From Chiloscyllium plagiosum (taxonomy: Eukaryota): DNA of 64,000 nt. The notes beneath the pieces were generated by a model. The model was not told the DNA's origin. It made no database searches and saw only the letters and a program-made list of their open reading frames with translations. The translations under genes were made by a program, and so were the position numbers. Numbering within the stretch: the first letter of the stretch is position 1; every line of letters begins with the position of its first letter. The stretch covers positions 97,281,644 through 97,345,643 of the forward strand of contig NC_057718.1 in NCBI RefSeq assembly GCF_004010195.1, written 5' to 3'. Below are positions 24,958 to 38,109 of this stretch, in pieces.

Positions 24958-25268
24958 ATGATTAGATTAGCTACAGTTTGGAAACAGGCCCTTCGGCCCA
25001 ACAAGTCCACACCGACCCTCCGAAGAGCAACCCACTCAGACCCATTCCCCTACATTTACCCCTGACTAATGCACCTAACACTATGGGTAATTTAGCATGG
25101 CCAATTCACCTAACCTGCACATCTTTGAACTGTGGAAAGAAACTGAAGCACCTGGAGGAAACCCCCACAGACATGGGGAGAATGTGCAAACTCCACACAG
25201 TCACTGGAATCGAACCTGGGACCCTGGTGCTGTGAGGCAGCAGTGCTAACCACTGAGCCACTGTGCCA
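24958..25268 (-). mobile_element. HE1-type V-SINE
   Basis: Near full length with (AATCT)n tail. Confidence 0.9.
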
Positions 25269-25514
25269 CTGTCTGCAGTATTTCACTTTCATTCAGTATT
25301 GGGGAGCGCAGCGGTGTAGCTTTTCCATCGCTAGATCCTGGACCATAATGGAGGGCCTGGATTCAGGATCTCTTTCTTTTGACTGGAAGTTGCTTTTGAA
25401 ATGTGTTTGAGTGGGAATATGTGCATCACAGAATCGCAAAATTGTTACGATGTAAAACGGGGCCATTCGGTCCATCGTACCTGCAACTGCACTTCAAACA
25501 AGCATCATTATCTA

Positions 25515-25812
25515 GTCTGTAAGTTAGCTCGCTGAGCTTGTAGATTTGTTTTCAGATGTTTCATCACCATACTAGGTAACATCATCAGTGAGAGTCTCTG
25601 GTGAAGCGCTGGTGGGATATCCCACCTCTCTATCTATAGGTCTTGGTTTCTTAAGGTGGGTGATGTCATTTCCAGTTCTTTTCTTCAAGGGAAGGTAGGT
25701 GGGGTCGAAATGGATGTGTTTATTGATGGAGTTCAGGTTTGAATGCCATCCTGTGAGGATTCTTGTGCGTGCCTTTGTTTCACCTGTCCTAGGGATATGT
25801 ATATTGTCCCAG
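25515..25812 (-). mobile_element. PLE family D (Penelope/Poseidon-like) 3' end
   Basis: Frameshifted GIY-YIG C-terminus WDNIHI/LGQVKQRHAQE/WHSNLNSINKHIHFDPTYLPL followed by a hammerhead motif. Confidence 0.75.
25552..25591 (-). ncRNA. Hammerhead ribozyme motif (family D, slightly decayed)
   Basis: Minus strand TCA-CTGATGA-T-GTTACC(TAGTAT)GGTGAT-GAAACATC-TGA. Confidence 0.7.
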
Positions 25813-26080
25813 GCAAAGTGGCGTCCTTGCTGCCTTATAGCACCAGAGACCTGGGTTCGATCCCAGCCTCGGGCAACTGTCTGTGTGGAGATTGCACGTT
25901 CTCTCCGTGTCTGCGTGGGTTTCCTCCAAACATGTGCAAGTTAGGGTGAATTGGCCATGATAAATTGCCCTGCAGTGTGCAGGCTGGGTGGGTTAGCCAT
26001 GGGAAATACAGGGATGGGATGGGATGCTGTTCGGAGCGTCAGTGTGGACTTTGCAGGATGCTTCCGCACTGTAGGGCTTC
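25813..26080 (+). mobile_element. HE1-type V-SINE (degraded)
   Basis: B-box GGTTCGATCC and V-domain. Confidence 0.75.
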
Positions 26081-26539
26081 TACATTTCCAGGCCGTGTAT
26101 TCCATACTTTTAACTACTGACTATGTGAAAACATTTTTCCCCATCTCTCCCTTTGGAACACCACGTTGCAGATGGCCACATCGTAATGCTTCTCCTTTAC
26201 TGGTGATGTCATTCGAGACCAATATGCCTCTATACCGGGGCTGGAAAGGCTGAGATCTGTTTTGATTTCAGGGGGAGAGCTGCTCCTCTTGGTATGAGAT
26301 CACGGCATGGATTCATGTCCATTCCCTGGAAATAAATAAACCCTGCACAGTTCATACAGTGGCAACATCGTGCACTCTATCACACCTCCCTTTCAACTTC
26401 CTTTGCCAAACCATTCACCTGTAAAACAGCCGGCAAACAGTAACGTTTCGCTGGGCTTGCCAAAGATTGAGATACGTCAGTTGCTGCACAAAATGTCTGC
26501 ATTGTGAAAGGCACTTCAAGGGGTTTGACAAAGTCGACG

Positions 26540-27290
26540 TTGTGTTGGCCGCTGTGGAATCCACATTACAGGAGGGATATGGATGCACTGGAACGGGTGC
26601 AGAGGAGATTTACCACGATGTTGCCTGGGTTGGGGGTTTCTGTTATGAAGAGAGATTAGACAGACTGGGGTTGGTTTCTGTAGAGCAGAGCAGAGGACAT
26701 GATTGAGATATATAAGATTATGAGGGAAATAGGTAGAGTAGACAGGAAGGAACCTTTCCCCTTGGTGGAGGGATCAGTGATCAGGGGAGATAGATGGGAG
26801 ATATAGAGTCATAGAGATGTATAGCACAGAAACAGACCCTTCTGTCCAATCCAACTCGCCCATGCCGACCAGATATCCTAACCTAATCAAGTCCCATTTA
26901 CCAGCACATGGCCCATATCTCTCTTAAGTTTCCTGATGAAGGGCTTTTGCCCGAAACGTCAATTCTCCTGCTCCTGGGATGCTGCCTGACCTGCTGTGTT
27001 TTTCCAGCACCACACTCATGACTCTAATCTCCAGCATCTGTAGTTCTCACTTTTGCCTACATGTCTCCCTAAACCTTTCCTATTCACATACCCATCCAGA
27101 TGCCTTTTAAATGCTGCAATTGTACATGCCTCCACCACTTCCTCATTCCATACACACACCATCCTCTGCATGAAAACGTTGCCCCTTGGGACCCTTTGAA
27201 TCTTTTCACCCAGAGAATCTCCAGCTCTCTGCTTGTAAGGGTGGTAGAGGCAGAAACCTTCATAACATAGAAGAAGTATTGCAATGCCAA
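26540..27290. mobile_element. CR1/HER1 fragments on both strands with a nested family A terminus (about 26925-27057)
   Basis: YEERLDRLGL on plus; HER1 tail on minus; hammerhead core at 26933-26960. Confidence 0.75.
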
Positions 27291-28984
27291 CGTTAGTCAA
27301 GTCAAGTCAAGAGTAGCTTTTAATTGTCATTTCTGCCAAAAACAACTGATACAATAAAAACAACTCAGCGTTCCTCCAGGACCAGGGTGCTACACGGACA
27401 GCACAAACCACACGAAAGGACAGTTATACACAGGGCAGCATAAAGGTTAGGGGCCCAGTGCTGGAAAATGGGTTGAGAATAGTTAGAGAGTTGTTTTTGA
27501 CCATGGCAGGCACAGTACGTCGAAGGGCTTTTTTTCTGTGCTGTCAATCTCCAGACTCAAGAATGAATGTTTCCCCTTGTGGGGCAATCTAGAACAAGAG
27601 GGTCATGTTTAAGACAAAGTGGGAGCAGATTGTAAACCGAGATGAGAATGAATTACTGCTCTGAGAACGTGGTGAGTCACTACCGCAGAGCGCAATGAAT
27701 ACTAGGAGTAAATTTAAAGAGGAGACGGACCGGTAGATTTTTAATGTGTAGGGACAAAGGATTGTGGAGAATGGGCAGGACAATGAAGTTGAGACTGAGA
27801 TGAGATCAGCCATGATCCTATTACATGCCGTAACAGCCTCAAAGTGGCAGAATGGCCAACTCTTGCCCCCAGGTCTTCTGTTCTTCAGCGAAATTATATT
27901 ACGTGGCACTTTGCCACATCCGTAACGTCAAACCAGGCAGTGTTTAGCATCCGACCTGTCTTCCTGCAAGTTCCTTTCTCCCCCCCTTCATATCTTGTGT
28001 TTGCTAAGATTGAAACGTAGCTGGCAGAGAACATGTGGGCAGCTTCCGGCAGTAACTCCGTTTCAGCATCTTAACTTCCATAATTGGAAATCGGGTGAGG
28101 GAGGAGGAGTTGGGGAAACTGCATAGTTGCAACTCCTTATCAGATCATTTGGTCTGAGCTCCCAGTTTTTAACTATAATTGTTTTTATTTTCTTGTGGGG
28201 TATGAGCCTCACTGGCTGGGCCAGTGTTTATTGCCCATCCCTAGTTGCCCTTAAATGCATCAGTGTTGCTGTGCTAAGAGGGAAAAGTACAAATATATTA
28301 AATGCTAAGAGTGAGTTATGGATCCTATGATTTGCAAATGATGCTGCATGATATTTTAAAAAATGCACGATATGAAAATACTGGTCAGGCATCAGTAAAC
28401 TGTTGCTCACAATCAACAAGACATATGGTCCAATCATTTTCTGTAATGTGGTGACTAAACATCAACATTTTTGCAAAGTGCATTGTTGGCGTTGGACCCA
28501 CAGGATACTGTAGGGGCGTAGGAGTGATCACTTTGCCAGTTTCTGGGGTAAAGGAAGTTGGTGGTGTTGTACTAAACCGGAGGTTCCTTTAAAGAGAGAG
28601 GACAGAGATGTTGGGCCGAACGGCCTCACGCTGCGGTCTAAGATTCTAGCAGACAACATGTCCCAAAGGCCACCAATGTGTGGTGTGTTGTGAACGACAC
28701 GTACAGGCTGGTGGTAAACTCCAGTCTACGTCCCACAGCATTCCTCAGAGGTTCACAGTCGGCTTGGGACCCAATGCGTTCTTAAATTGCACCAAGCCAC
28801 TGGCTCACCAGCATGCAGTACTGACAGCCATTTCTGCTCAGGAGTCATTATTAAGAGTTGGGCTGAAGTGGGAAACTGGTGGATGGGGAGAGTTCAGCGT
28901 TAACAGACCAGCTTTGGGTGGGATTTGATAGCAGCTCAGAACATTTGAAAATTTTGGTGGGATCATATTCAAGACTGCACTTGC

Positions 28985-29080
28985 CTGGAGTCGAGAGTGT
29001 GGCGCTGGAAAAGCACAGCATGTCCGGCAGCATCCGAGGAGCAGGAGAGTCGACGTTTCAGGCATAAGCCCCTCACCAGG
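28985..29080 (-). mobile_element. PLE family A terminus (donor of the 29910-29987 insert)
   Basis: Family A sequence with the private variant CATGTCCGGCAGC. Confidence 0.8.
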
Positions 29081-29862
29081 CACTCGCCTTGACACATTCG
29101 TTACTGGGAACCAATGCAGAGAATGCTGGAAAATCTCAGCAGGTCTGGCAGCATCAGTGGAGAGAGAAACAGAGTCAAGTCCAGTATGACTTTGTCAGGA
29201 CAGTTCAGAATGGCACTAATTGGTGTGTAATGAAACTTCAGATGAGGGTCCAGTGTATTTACACAGGAAGACTTAGAGGCTGTCCTACAGCAATAAATGT
29301 GTAGGGGACCCCCTCACCAATTGCATCCATCAGTATGGATGCGATGCACAGGTCATCTCTGGGACTAATCTCGCTTCTGTTTTTCCAGATTGGAGGTTTG
29401 CACGGGTTACGCATAAACCCGTCTACACAAGCTGGGGAAAGTGTTTTTTATAATGTTTTTTACAGACTGAAGAAGCTTGGTTTATTCACAGAGAAAGGAG
29501 AGCAATGTAGATTAAGTTTCATTGGATAATGCTTCAAGATCTTTGATATTAGATGCAACTGGAATGGAAATTAGCACACATCTATGGGAGATTGGTCCTC
29601 GAGAAATGTGTTTTGAGCATGTTTTCTTCAGATTCCAAATTCATACAGGGTGCAGTGTTCATCACGTCTTGGTGCAATCTTCAGCTTAACTAATTCCAGT
29701 TGCGTGCAAGATAGAAACAAGCCTTCAATTAAAAATACTGTGGAAGGAATGGGCATCGTGGTCAATGGATGAGAAGCCTTCCCACCGTTACCCTCTGATT
29801 ATTCATCACATCTTGTTCCACTTGGGTACGTGTCGGATGAGCAATGGACTTCGCCCTTTGAT

Positions 29863-30034
29863 CACAGACCAATCTGTGGCCAGCAACTCTTCTCTACTCA
29901 GCAGCGCCAGTTGGTGGGTTCATATTCAAGACTGCACTTGCCTGGAGTCGAGAGTGTGGCGCTGGAAAAGCACAGCATGTCCGGCAGCACAGACCAATCT
30001 GTGGCCAGCAACTCTTCTCTACTCAGCAGCGCCA
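29863..30034. repeat. 47 bp direct duplication flanking a templated insert
   Basis: 29863-29909 is identical to 29988-30034; the insert between them copies 28954-29032. Confidence 0.95.
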
Positions 30035-30336
30035 CCGGGAAACGATGACTGCTGGCAGCATAGCACCTCACACGGGCCTCACATTGGTCGAGGGGCCTAT
30101 CTCAGGCATGGAGGAGTGATGGCAGAACAGACAGAGTTGTGATGTCATCAGGGGATCAGCAGCAAGGGCAGGTGATGGACTTCAAAGGCAACTACAGTTG
30201 CCTGTACTAGATCACTCAATCTGTCACTGAGATCCTTTAAACAAGGCCCCTACACATTTTTCTGTGGTAATTCCCTCATGGCAAGTGACCATCCCCTGCT
30301 GTGGCTGCGGACAAGTTGGTGTTAATTAACCTGGTT

Positions 30337-30572
30337 AAGATTAGATTAGATTCCTTAGAGTGCAGAAACAGGTCCTTCGGCCCAACAAGTCCACACCGAC
30401 CCTTCGAAGAGCAACCCACCCAGACCCATTCCCCTATATTCACCCCTGGCTAATGCACCTAACACTACGGGCAATTTTAGCATGGCCAATTCCCCTGGCC
30501 TGCACATCTTTGGACAGTGGGAGGAAACTGGAGCACCCAGAGGAAACCCACACAGACATGGGGAAAATGCAC
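30337..30572 (-). mobile_element. 5'-truncated HE1-type V-SINE
   Basis: (AATCT)n tail and V-domain; no head. Confidence 0.85.
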
Positions 30573-30844
30573 AACATTGATTTCACCTTCATCAAAGGAA
30601 AGTATTCCAGAGAATGAAAGTTAAAATCTCACCATGTCAGTTTGTGAATCGGAAAAAAAAATCAGTAGGAAAAGAAACTGGTCCCAAGGCTGGTATTGAT
30701 TAAAATGATCATGAAGTTTTTGGATTGGCAGAATCCAAACAGAATCACTCGTGTGCAATGACAGTCTTGGTCTCATCTGGCTGCTGAAGAGGATGTAGAG
30801 AGTCAACAGAGGTCCAGTAACTTTGTTTCTTTTCGTTACTTGTT

Positions 30845-31165
30845 CTCAGGATGTGTGCATCCCTGGTTTGGCCAGCTTTTATTGCTCCAAGGGTCAGTAA
30901 AATGCCAATCCCATTGCTGTGGCTCTGGAGTTACATGTCGGCCAGACCAGCAGATTTCCTTTCCGAAAGAACGTGAATGAACCAGATGGATTTTTGCAAC
31001 AAGTGATAATGATCGCTTGGTCATTATTAAGCTGACCTTTTAAATTCCAGGTCTTCATTGAATTCAAGTTTAATGAATGGCCACTGTGGGATGTGGACCC
31101 ACGACTCCAGAACATTAGCTTGTGGTTCTGGATTGCTCGTCCAGTGACATTATCACACTTATGAG
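30845..31165 (-). mobile_element. tRNA-headed SINE (fourth family)
   Basis: Body AATCCATCTGGTTCAC...GGAAATCTGC...CTCCAGAGCCACAGCAATG; tail resembles that of the 16062-16845 LINE. Confidence 0.55.
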
Positions 31166-32369
31166 ACATCTTACAGTGGCTTCAGCTTGCTGCAAGAGAG
31201 GGCAGGAACATGTGAACTGGCACCATTTGTTGTCATGGTCTCATTAGTGTATCACTGTCAGATGTAACCTCTGAAACTACATGCGGTGTAGCATATTGAC
31301 CTTAGCTAGTCTTGCTCCGATGTGACTCCTGTCACACACCAGCATGGCTGCCCTCTGAACCATGACATAGAAGGAGGTTCATCATGTTTTGTGGCCCTTG
31401 AGAGTTGGACTATAAATGCCACCCTCGTGTAATGTCCACATCCCAAAAAGATGAATTTTGCCAAGAATGTTCTCACTGTAGCAATCCCAGCAAAGGGTCA
31501 CTGCTTAGTGATCAATTCTCCCACTCTTTAAATGTGACCATTCTGCTGTTGACTTTGTGGTAAGGTTTGACACAAACATTGTTTATCAAAGTATTCTGTC
31601 AGAAGACAGCTGGCACCACTAGACACAAAACTAGCTTATTTTAACATTCATCATCTTTCACTGCAATTGTTTAATTTAAAAAATATATACATAGTTGTTG
31701 ATACTGGCTTTCCAGCAAAGGATAAATATGCGTTGTTTCTTGAATCCACGTGCAATAAATCACGGTACCTGTATTTTGTGCATTTCATAAACCTTTCACA
31801 TCTTTCAGTCAAATCTTTTCCCTGAGTTTGGCGCATAAATTGCACCTTTGATGTTGGATTCTGTGAGTGTGAGGACAGATTTTTAATGAAACTCAATGAC
31901 TGGTGCCTGGAGACGGAATACTTGCTTCACCATTTACTTTCTCTGTTGTGCTGGCTATGATTCCTCAGGCATCTCAGTAGCTCAATAAAGTGTCCAGTCT
32001 TCAGCAGCGAGTCTGACTAATGAGCCTTGTCAGGTTGTTTATGTGTGTGCGTGGGAGTCAAACCTAATTCCAAGATCCCAACCCCAAACTTTCTAGCACT
32101 TTGGATTCAGAGCACAAGCCTTGGTTGTGTTTATTCCTTCCTATTCCTGAATCAGGGAGTGCTTTGCTTCCCCTGTTTCCGTTGTGGGATGTCGGTATTG
32201 CTGGCTAGCTTGTCTGTCCTGAATTGCCCATGAACTGAATGGCTTCGAGGGCCATTTCAATCAAGAGCCAACCACACTGCTGAGTATTTCTCAGGGTCAA
32301 ATGTCGGCCAGACCAGGTAAGGATGGCAGATTCCCTTCTGTGAAGAACCAGCTGAGTTGATGTGACTGA

Positions 32370-32717
32370 CGTTTATAAAATAATGAGGGATACAGATAGA
32401 GCTAATGTTGGTTATCTTTTCCCCAGGATGGGGGATTTCAAGACGAGCGGGCATATTTTTAAGATGAGAGGAGAGAGATTTTACAAAGACATATGGGGCA
32501 AAGGTTTTACGCAGAGAGGGGGTTCATGTGTGGAATGAAATTGTAGAGGACATGATGGATGTGGGTACAATTACAATATTTACAAGACATTTGGAATGAT
32601 ACGTGAATAGGAAAGGGATATGGGCCAGGAGCAGGCAGGGGGGATCAGTTTGGTTTGGGATTGGGCACGGGTTGGTTGAACTGAAGGGTCTGTTTCTGTG
32701 CTGTATGACTCTATGAC
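32370..32717 (+). mobile_element. HER1/CR1 LINE 3' end
   Basis: Typical 3' region ending GTATGACTCTATGACT. Confidence 0.85.
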
Positions 32718-32974
32718 TATCAATTGATGTTTTATGGTCACTATCATTCATGGCTTGCTTCCAATTCCAGATTTTGCAATTGACTTTGAGGTTCAATAGT
32801 TGTCATGTTTCGATTTGAACCCGTGTCCCTATCACATTAGGCTGTGTCTCTGATCTTGAGACATTACCGCTAAACTGCTGTCACCTTCAGTACAGAATCA
32901 AGTATAGGGACTCTATCATCCACTCAGCTGAAGACATATTGCATGTCCTTCTAGAGGTTTCTGGGCTTGTACGG

Positions 32975-33636
32975 TGTTATGGACCAGACAAAATCCCCAT
33001 AAAATACAACAAGGAGATAACCTCGATCCAAACTTATTTTGTGTGATGTGTAGGGCACTGTGTTCCAAATGTGATTTGATTGGTCCACCACTATGCTTTA
33101 AGTAAAATGAACTTTATTTTTACAGTGCAATTAAAATGCAAACCAATAAAAAGAATGGGCATAACTTTAACTCTACTAAATACTCAATAAATTAATGTTT
33201 TGTTTGACCAATATTGCAGCATCCCCTAAATGCACTCTTGGCAAAGACAAATTCAGCAAAACAATTTCTCCTCGTAAGCTGTCTGCCTTCTAGTCCATCA
33301 GAAAGGAAACCCGCAAAAAAACAATCTCTCAGCAGAGAGAGAATGCAAGCTTTTTGCTGCAGCAGCGAGAGACTGAGAAAGAGAGAGAGAGTATCTATCT
33401 GCTTCAACAGCCAACTCCAAACCCCAAACAAAACTAAAAGCAAAGCTAAAACCCTGGGTCTGTGTGACCCTGACTCCACCTGCTTATGCTTTTATCTAAC
33501 ATAAAACAAACACTCAGGGAGCTCAAAGCTATTTACCCACTACCTGTGAAGCAGATATTTCAGAACCACTGTGGCAAGTCCTCTTTGCAAGAGAAACAAC
33601 ATAGAACAAATCTCTCTTCGAGGCACAGTACCACCA
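32975..33636. mobile_element. Possible solo LTR
   Basis: Begins TGTTATGG and ends CA; about 660 bp; contains AATAAA; ACGG/CGG at both junctions. Confidence 0.35.
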
Positions 33637-33789
33637 CGGTGATTGCCTTGAAGGACAGCATGGTGCATTTGCTATTTGATTTCTCAGAGATTACAATGCG
33701 ATGGAGCATGGTTTAATGCATATCTTTAAGGTGGAGGTAGATAGATTCTTGTTAGACATTGGAATCAAGGGTTATTAGGGGTGGATGGA

Positions 33790-34420
33790 AATTGATTTGG
33801 GTTATTGCAGTCACATGCCTCTAAGTACAGTGAAAAGTTTTGTTTTGTAAGCAGTACTGGCAAAACAAAGTCTTAGGGATCATAGGGTGCTTAGACAGTG
33901 TGAGGTGTACAGGCTTACGACTGCAGAGGAGGTGCACAAAGCAAGATCAACGTTACTTGAAGTTAGAGAGTCCATTCATCACTCTAATAACAGCTGGGAA
34001 GAAGCTGTTCCTGAACCTGTTGGTGCATGTGTTCAGGCTTCTGTATCTTCTGCCTGGTAGAAGAGGTTGTGAGATAGCATTCCCAGGGTTTGATGTTGGC
34101 AGCCTTTCTGCAGCAACGAGACATGTAAATGGAGTCCATGAATGAGAAATTGGCTTCCATGATGGTCTGGGCTGTGCACACAACTTTCTGTAGTTTTCTT
34201 TTTACGGTCCTGGGCAGAGCAGTTGCCACACCAGGACGTTATGCACCCAGATCCGTATGCTCTCAATGGTGCATCCGTCGAGGTTGGCGAGGATATGCTG
34301 AGTTTCCTGAGCCATCTGAAGAAGGAGAGGCATTGTTGTGCCTTCTTGACCATCGCATCTACGTGGGAGGTCCAGGACAGATTGTTGGTTATCGTCACTC
34401 CGAGGAACTTGACGCTCTCG
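33790..34420 (-). mobile_element. Rex1/Babar-type LINE 3' portion
   Basis: ITNNLSWTSHVDAMVKKAQQCL...CITSWCGNCSAQDRK...RRYRSLNTCTNRFRNSFFPAVIR. Confidence 0.8.
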
Positions 34421-35209
34421 ATCCTTGGGGAATTTAAAACAAAATCGGATCAGCCACGATCTTGTGGAATAACAGAGCAAGCCAAATGTACGCCTCCTCC
34501 TAAATTGCACACTCCCATGTTTGCTCATGTTGTTAAATTAAGTTTTATTTCAATCACACTGTATGATGTTTTCAGTCACAACGACACAATGGGTACAATT
34601 TGAGTAAACAACAATGTCCTGACCACACAGACTTGTCAGTTCAAATTATGACAAGCTTCATTCTGCAGCCTTTAGTGAAAAGTGGAGACCACATTAATTA
34701 CATGAGGGAGTTAGGACTCTATCTTGTGTGAAGGCTGCATACAAATGGTCTGATTAAAGTGTTTAACAGACAGAGCTGCTAATCGGAGAGGAGCTAACAG
34801 GTGGCCAGTTGCATTTGGTGCATGTAATGACACTTGGTTTTCATCTCCAAAGTTTGTTCTATAAAACTGTTTGAAAATCTAGTATAATGCACAGCTTCAA
34901 CATCAAAATGATTTAAAAGTGGGTTAGAGAATCTTATGGTGAGCTGATGACAGCAGTTGAAAAAGATAAAGAGCCACATTGTACAGAACAAGACCATTGC
35001 TTCGTCACACTCCAAGAACGAAAGGCCAGTGTGTAAAATACTACGAAGAAGACTTGCATTTATATAGCACTTTACACAATCACCAGACATCTCCCAGTTG
35101 ATTAAGCAGTTTTGAAGGGTCACTGTTATTGTAATGGGCACAGGAAGCTGCCGCAAACAGTGTAATATGTATATATAACCAGATTCTGCCCATATCTCTG
35201 TGTGCCATC

Positions 35210-35630
35210 TTTGGTACCTACGCCTGTTTGCCACCTTCAACATTCACTCCCTCTGCCAACGTCACTGTGTACCACTTACAAGCTGCACTGCAGTAACTCG
35301 TCCAACCATCAGACTCTTCCAACTCATCAAATTCTTCAAGAGCACTTTCCGAACCTGAGACCACTTCTATCAAGGAGGTAAGATGGGCGGATACTTGAAC
35401 ACATCCTCGTCTACAAGCTCCCCTCCGGGCCACTCACCATCCACACTTGGACATATATTAGTGTTCCTTTACTCTCACTGGGTCACGGGCTCCTTCCTTG
35501 GAAACACTGTGGGTGTCCCAACATATGAGAACAGCAGAAGCTCAGCATCACCTTCTCCATGGGCCATTAGTGCTGGATCACAAATTCTGCCTTTGCCATT
35601 GATGTCCACATCCCATGAAAGTATTAAGAA
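35210..35630 (+). mobile_element. Degraded 3' end of the CR1/L2-type LINE
   Basis: Colinear with 16440-16845. Confidence 0.6.
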
Positions 35631-36399
35631 AATGACACTGGTACGTCTCCCAGTATTCCTGGATAATGCATCCCCATCCTCAAGTGTTTCAAGGCCCGAA
35701 GAATTGTATTCAGTGCATCTGGGGTTCTGCTCTTAATGTGAATCCTGGCACATTTGTCACTAGCTTACAAGCCTTCTGCTTTCGTCATTTCTACCCTCTC
35801 ATTCCTGTGAGGCATGAAGAGCCATCTCGTGAACTCAGTCGGATCTCCACTCCGATCAGATCTGTGTTCATGTCAGCGGTAGTGATATCCCTCAGAATCA
35901 GCAACCAGTGTGCCCAAAGCAGAACAAATGCTCAATCCCGGACTGTGCTCATTAAACTGATCTGAAGAAGAGTCATACTCGATGTTAACTCTGTTTCTCT
36001 CTCCATCGTTGCTGCCAGGCCTGCTGAGTTTCTCCAGCCTTTTCTGCTTTTATTTCCGATTTCCAGCATCTGCTGCATTCTGCATTTGATTGAACATTAA
36101 ACTTGTGCCATTTCTATAGAAATGCGGCATGTTACTCAACTTCCTTTTCTTCCTATCAGCATTAAGGTGGCTAAACCAGGGAGCATTGAGAACATGGGTA
36201 AACGTTTATGCTAAGATACCTCTCCTGTAAAACAGGCCAGAACAATTTTGTCAAGTGTTTGAAACACGGTAATAATGGCAAACCTGTGTTTCTGCTGTCA
36301 GAATTGTTGTAGGTGGATCTGCCCATGTGATGATGCTAGCCCCAACAGTGGCACATGACAGGGTAAAGGTCAAGTCAGCATATTCTCACCAGATCATAG

Positions 36400-36770
36400 G
36401 GAGAGGTTTATAAGATCATGAGGGGCATGAATAAGTAAATAGACAAGGTCTTTTCCCTGAGGTGGGCAGTCCAGAAGTAGAGGCCATAGGTTTAGAATGA
36501 GAGGGGAAAGATATAAAAGAGACCTAAGGGGCAATTGTTTCACACAGAGGGTGGTGCGTGTATGGAGTGAGCTGCCCGAGGAAGTGGTGGAGGCTGGTAC
36601 AATTGCAACATTTAAAAGGCATCTGGATGGGTATTTGAACAGGAAGGGTTTCAAGGGATATGGGCTGAGTGCTGACAGATGGAATTAGATTAAGTTCGGA
36701 TATCTGGTTGGCATGAATGAGTTGGACTGAAGTGTCTGTTTCTGTGCTTTACATCTCCATGACTCTATGA
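36400..36770 (+). mobile_element. HER1/CR1 LINE 3' end
   Basis: RGERYKRDLRGNCFTQRVVRVWSELPEEVVEAG plus tail. Confidence 0.9.
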
Positions 36771-36884
36771 CTGCTCTCACATTAAGAGAGAGAGAGATAA
36801 CTGGCTGTGGTTTAATCTGAGGGTCACCATGCCTCAGGTGACCGGAGAGGTTGAGAAGGAGAGTCCTTTGTGGACAATCCTTCG

Positions 36885-37160
36885 GGAGCAGCATGGTGGC
36901 TCAGTGGTTAGCACTGCTGCCTCATGGTGCCAGGGACCTGCGTTAGATTCCAGCCTCGAGTGACTCCCTGTGTGGAGTTTGCACATTTTCCTCCAGGTGC
37001 TGCTGTTTCCTCCCACAGTCCAAAAATGTACAAGTTAGGTAGATTGGCCATCCTAAACTGCCCCATAGTGTGCAGGGATGTGCAGGCTATGTGCATTAGC
37101 CATGGGAATTGTGAGGTTACGGGGATAGGGTAATGGGGCGGGTTTGGCTGGGATGCTGTT
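36885..37160 (+). mobile_element. HE1-type V-SINE
   Basis: Head and V-domain. Confidence 0.85.
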
Positions 37161-37320
37161 TGGATATTCGTAGTCATAGGGTGATGCAGCATGGAAACAG
37201 ACCCTTTGGTCCATGTCGAATGTAACCCCAAACTAAACTAGTCCCACCTGACTGCTACGCCCATATTCCTGCAAACATTTTTTATCCACGTACTGATTGA
37301 AATACCTTTCAAACATTGTA

Positions 37321-37641
37321 CAGGTGCACAATCCTTTATCCAAAATGCTCAAGACCAGCTGGTTTACAGAATTCAGAATTTTTCGAATTTCAGAATAAGT
37401 GGCATTTTGATGGTGAAATTTTTTTAAAAATCTTTCCAAAGGACAGACTTACTCTCAGTAAAACGGGCCCTGAAACAAAATTGAGTCCTGCCAGTGCTGG
37501 GCCACAACCACCCCATGTTGTATCTGAGTGACATACATCAAGTGGGTGTGGAGTCGGGTTAACTGTTTGCACGCCAAACAACCTTGTTAATGAGAAAAAA
37601 AACTCGGATTTTGGCATTGCGGATAAAGGGTCGTCTACCTG
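37321..37641. mobile_element. Tigger-like MITE nested in a HER1 3' fragment
   Basis: Terminal inverted repeats CAGGTGCACAATCCTTTATCC / GGATAAAGGGTCGTCTACCTG; TA TSD; removal restores the host AAACATTGTAATTGTACCCACATCC. Confidence 0.85.
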
Positions 37642-38109
37642 TAATTGTACCCACATCCACCACTCCCTCAGGAGGTCAGTGTGGATTCGATGAGCAAAAT
37701 GGCCAGCTTCCACAATGTAGCAATTCTATGATTCTGTGTAACCTCACCCGATGCAGGAATTGAACCTGCACAGTTGACGTCAGTCTGCAATGACCCAATG
37801 ATGTGGAAGGAGTGGCAATGTGTGATTTTGGATATCGGGGAACACAGAAGATGCTTGTCTGTGCACATCATTGCAGTTCCTCTTGTGCCCCATGGCACTG
37901 TGAGGTGGTATGTGAGCGACCCCATGTGCTAGGGGAGAGGGGGTAGACATGAACACCAGCAACCCAGATACCCTGCTCTATTCTGGTTGGTATCAAGATG
38001 GCAATTAAGATCAAGTTGTAGAAGCATCCATCCAAGTGAGTGGGGTACCCTCCTGCTGGGGAAATTTAAGGGATTAGGAAGTGAGCCATTTACCACAGAG
38101 TAGTTAAAG

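Noticed and set aside
31810..31870. Plus-strand AG...GTGAGT exon-like segment
   Set aside because: Stops in all three frames and no supporting neighbouring exons.
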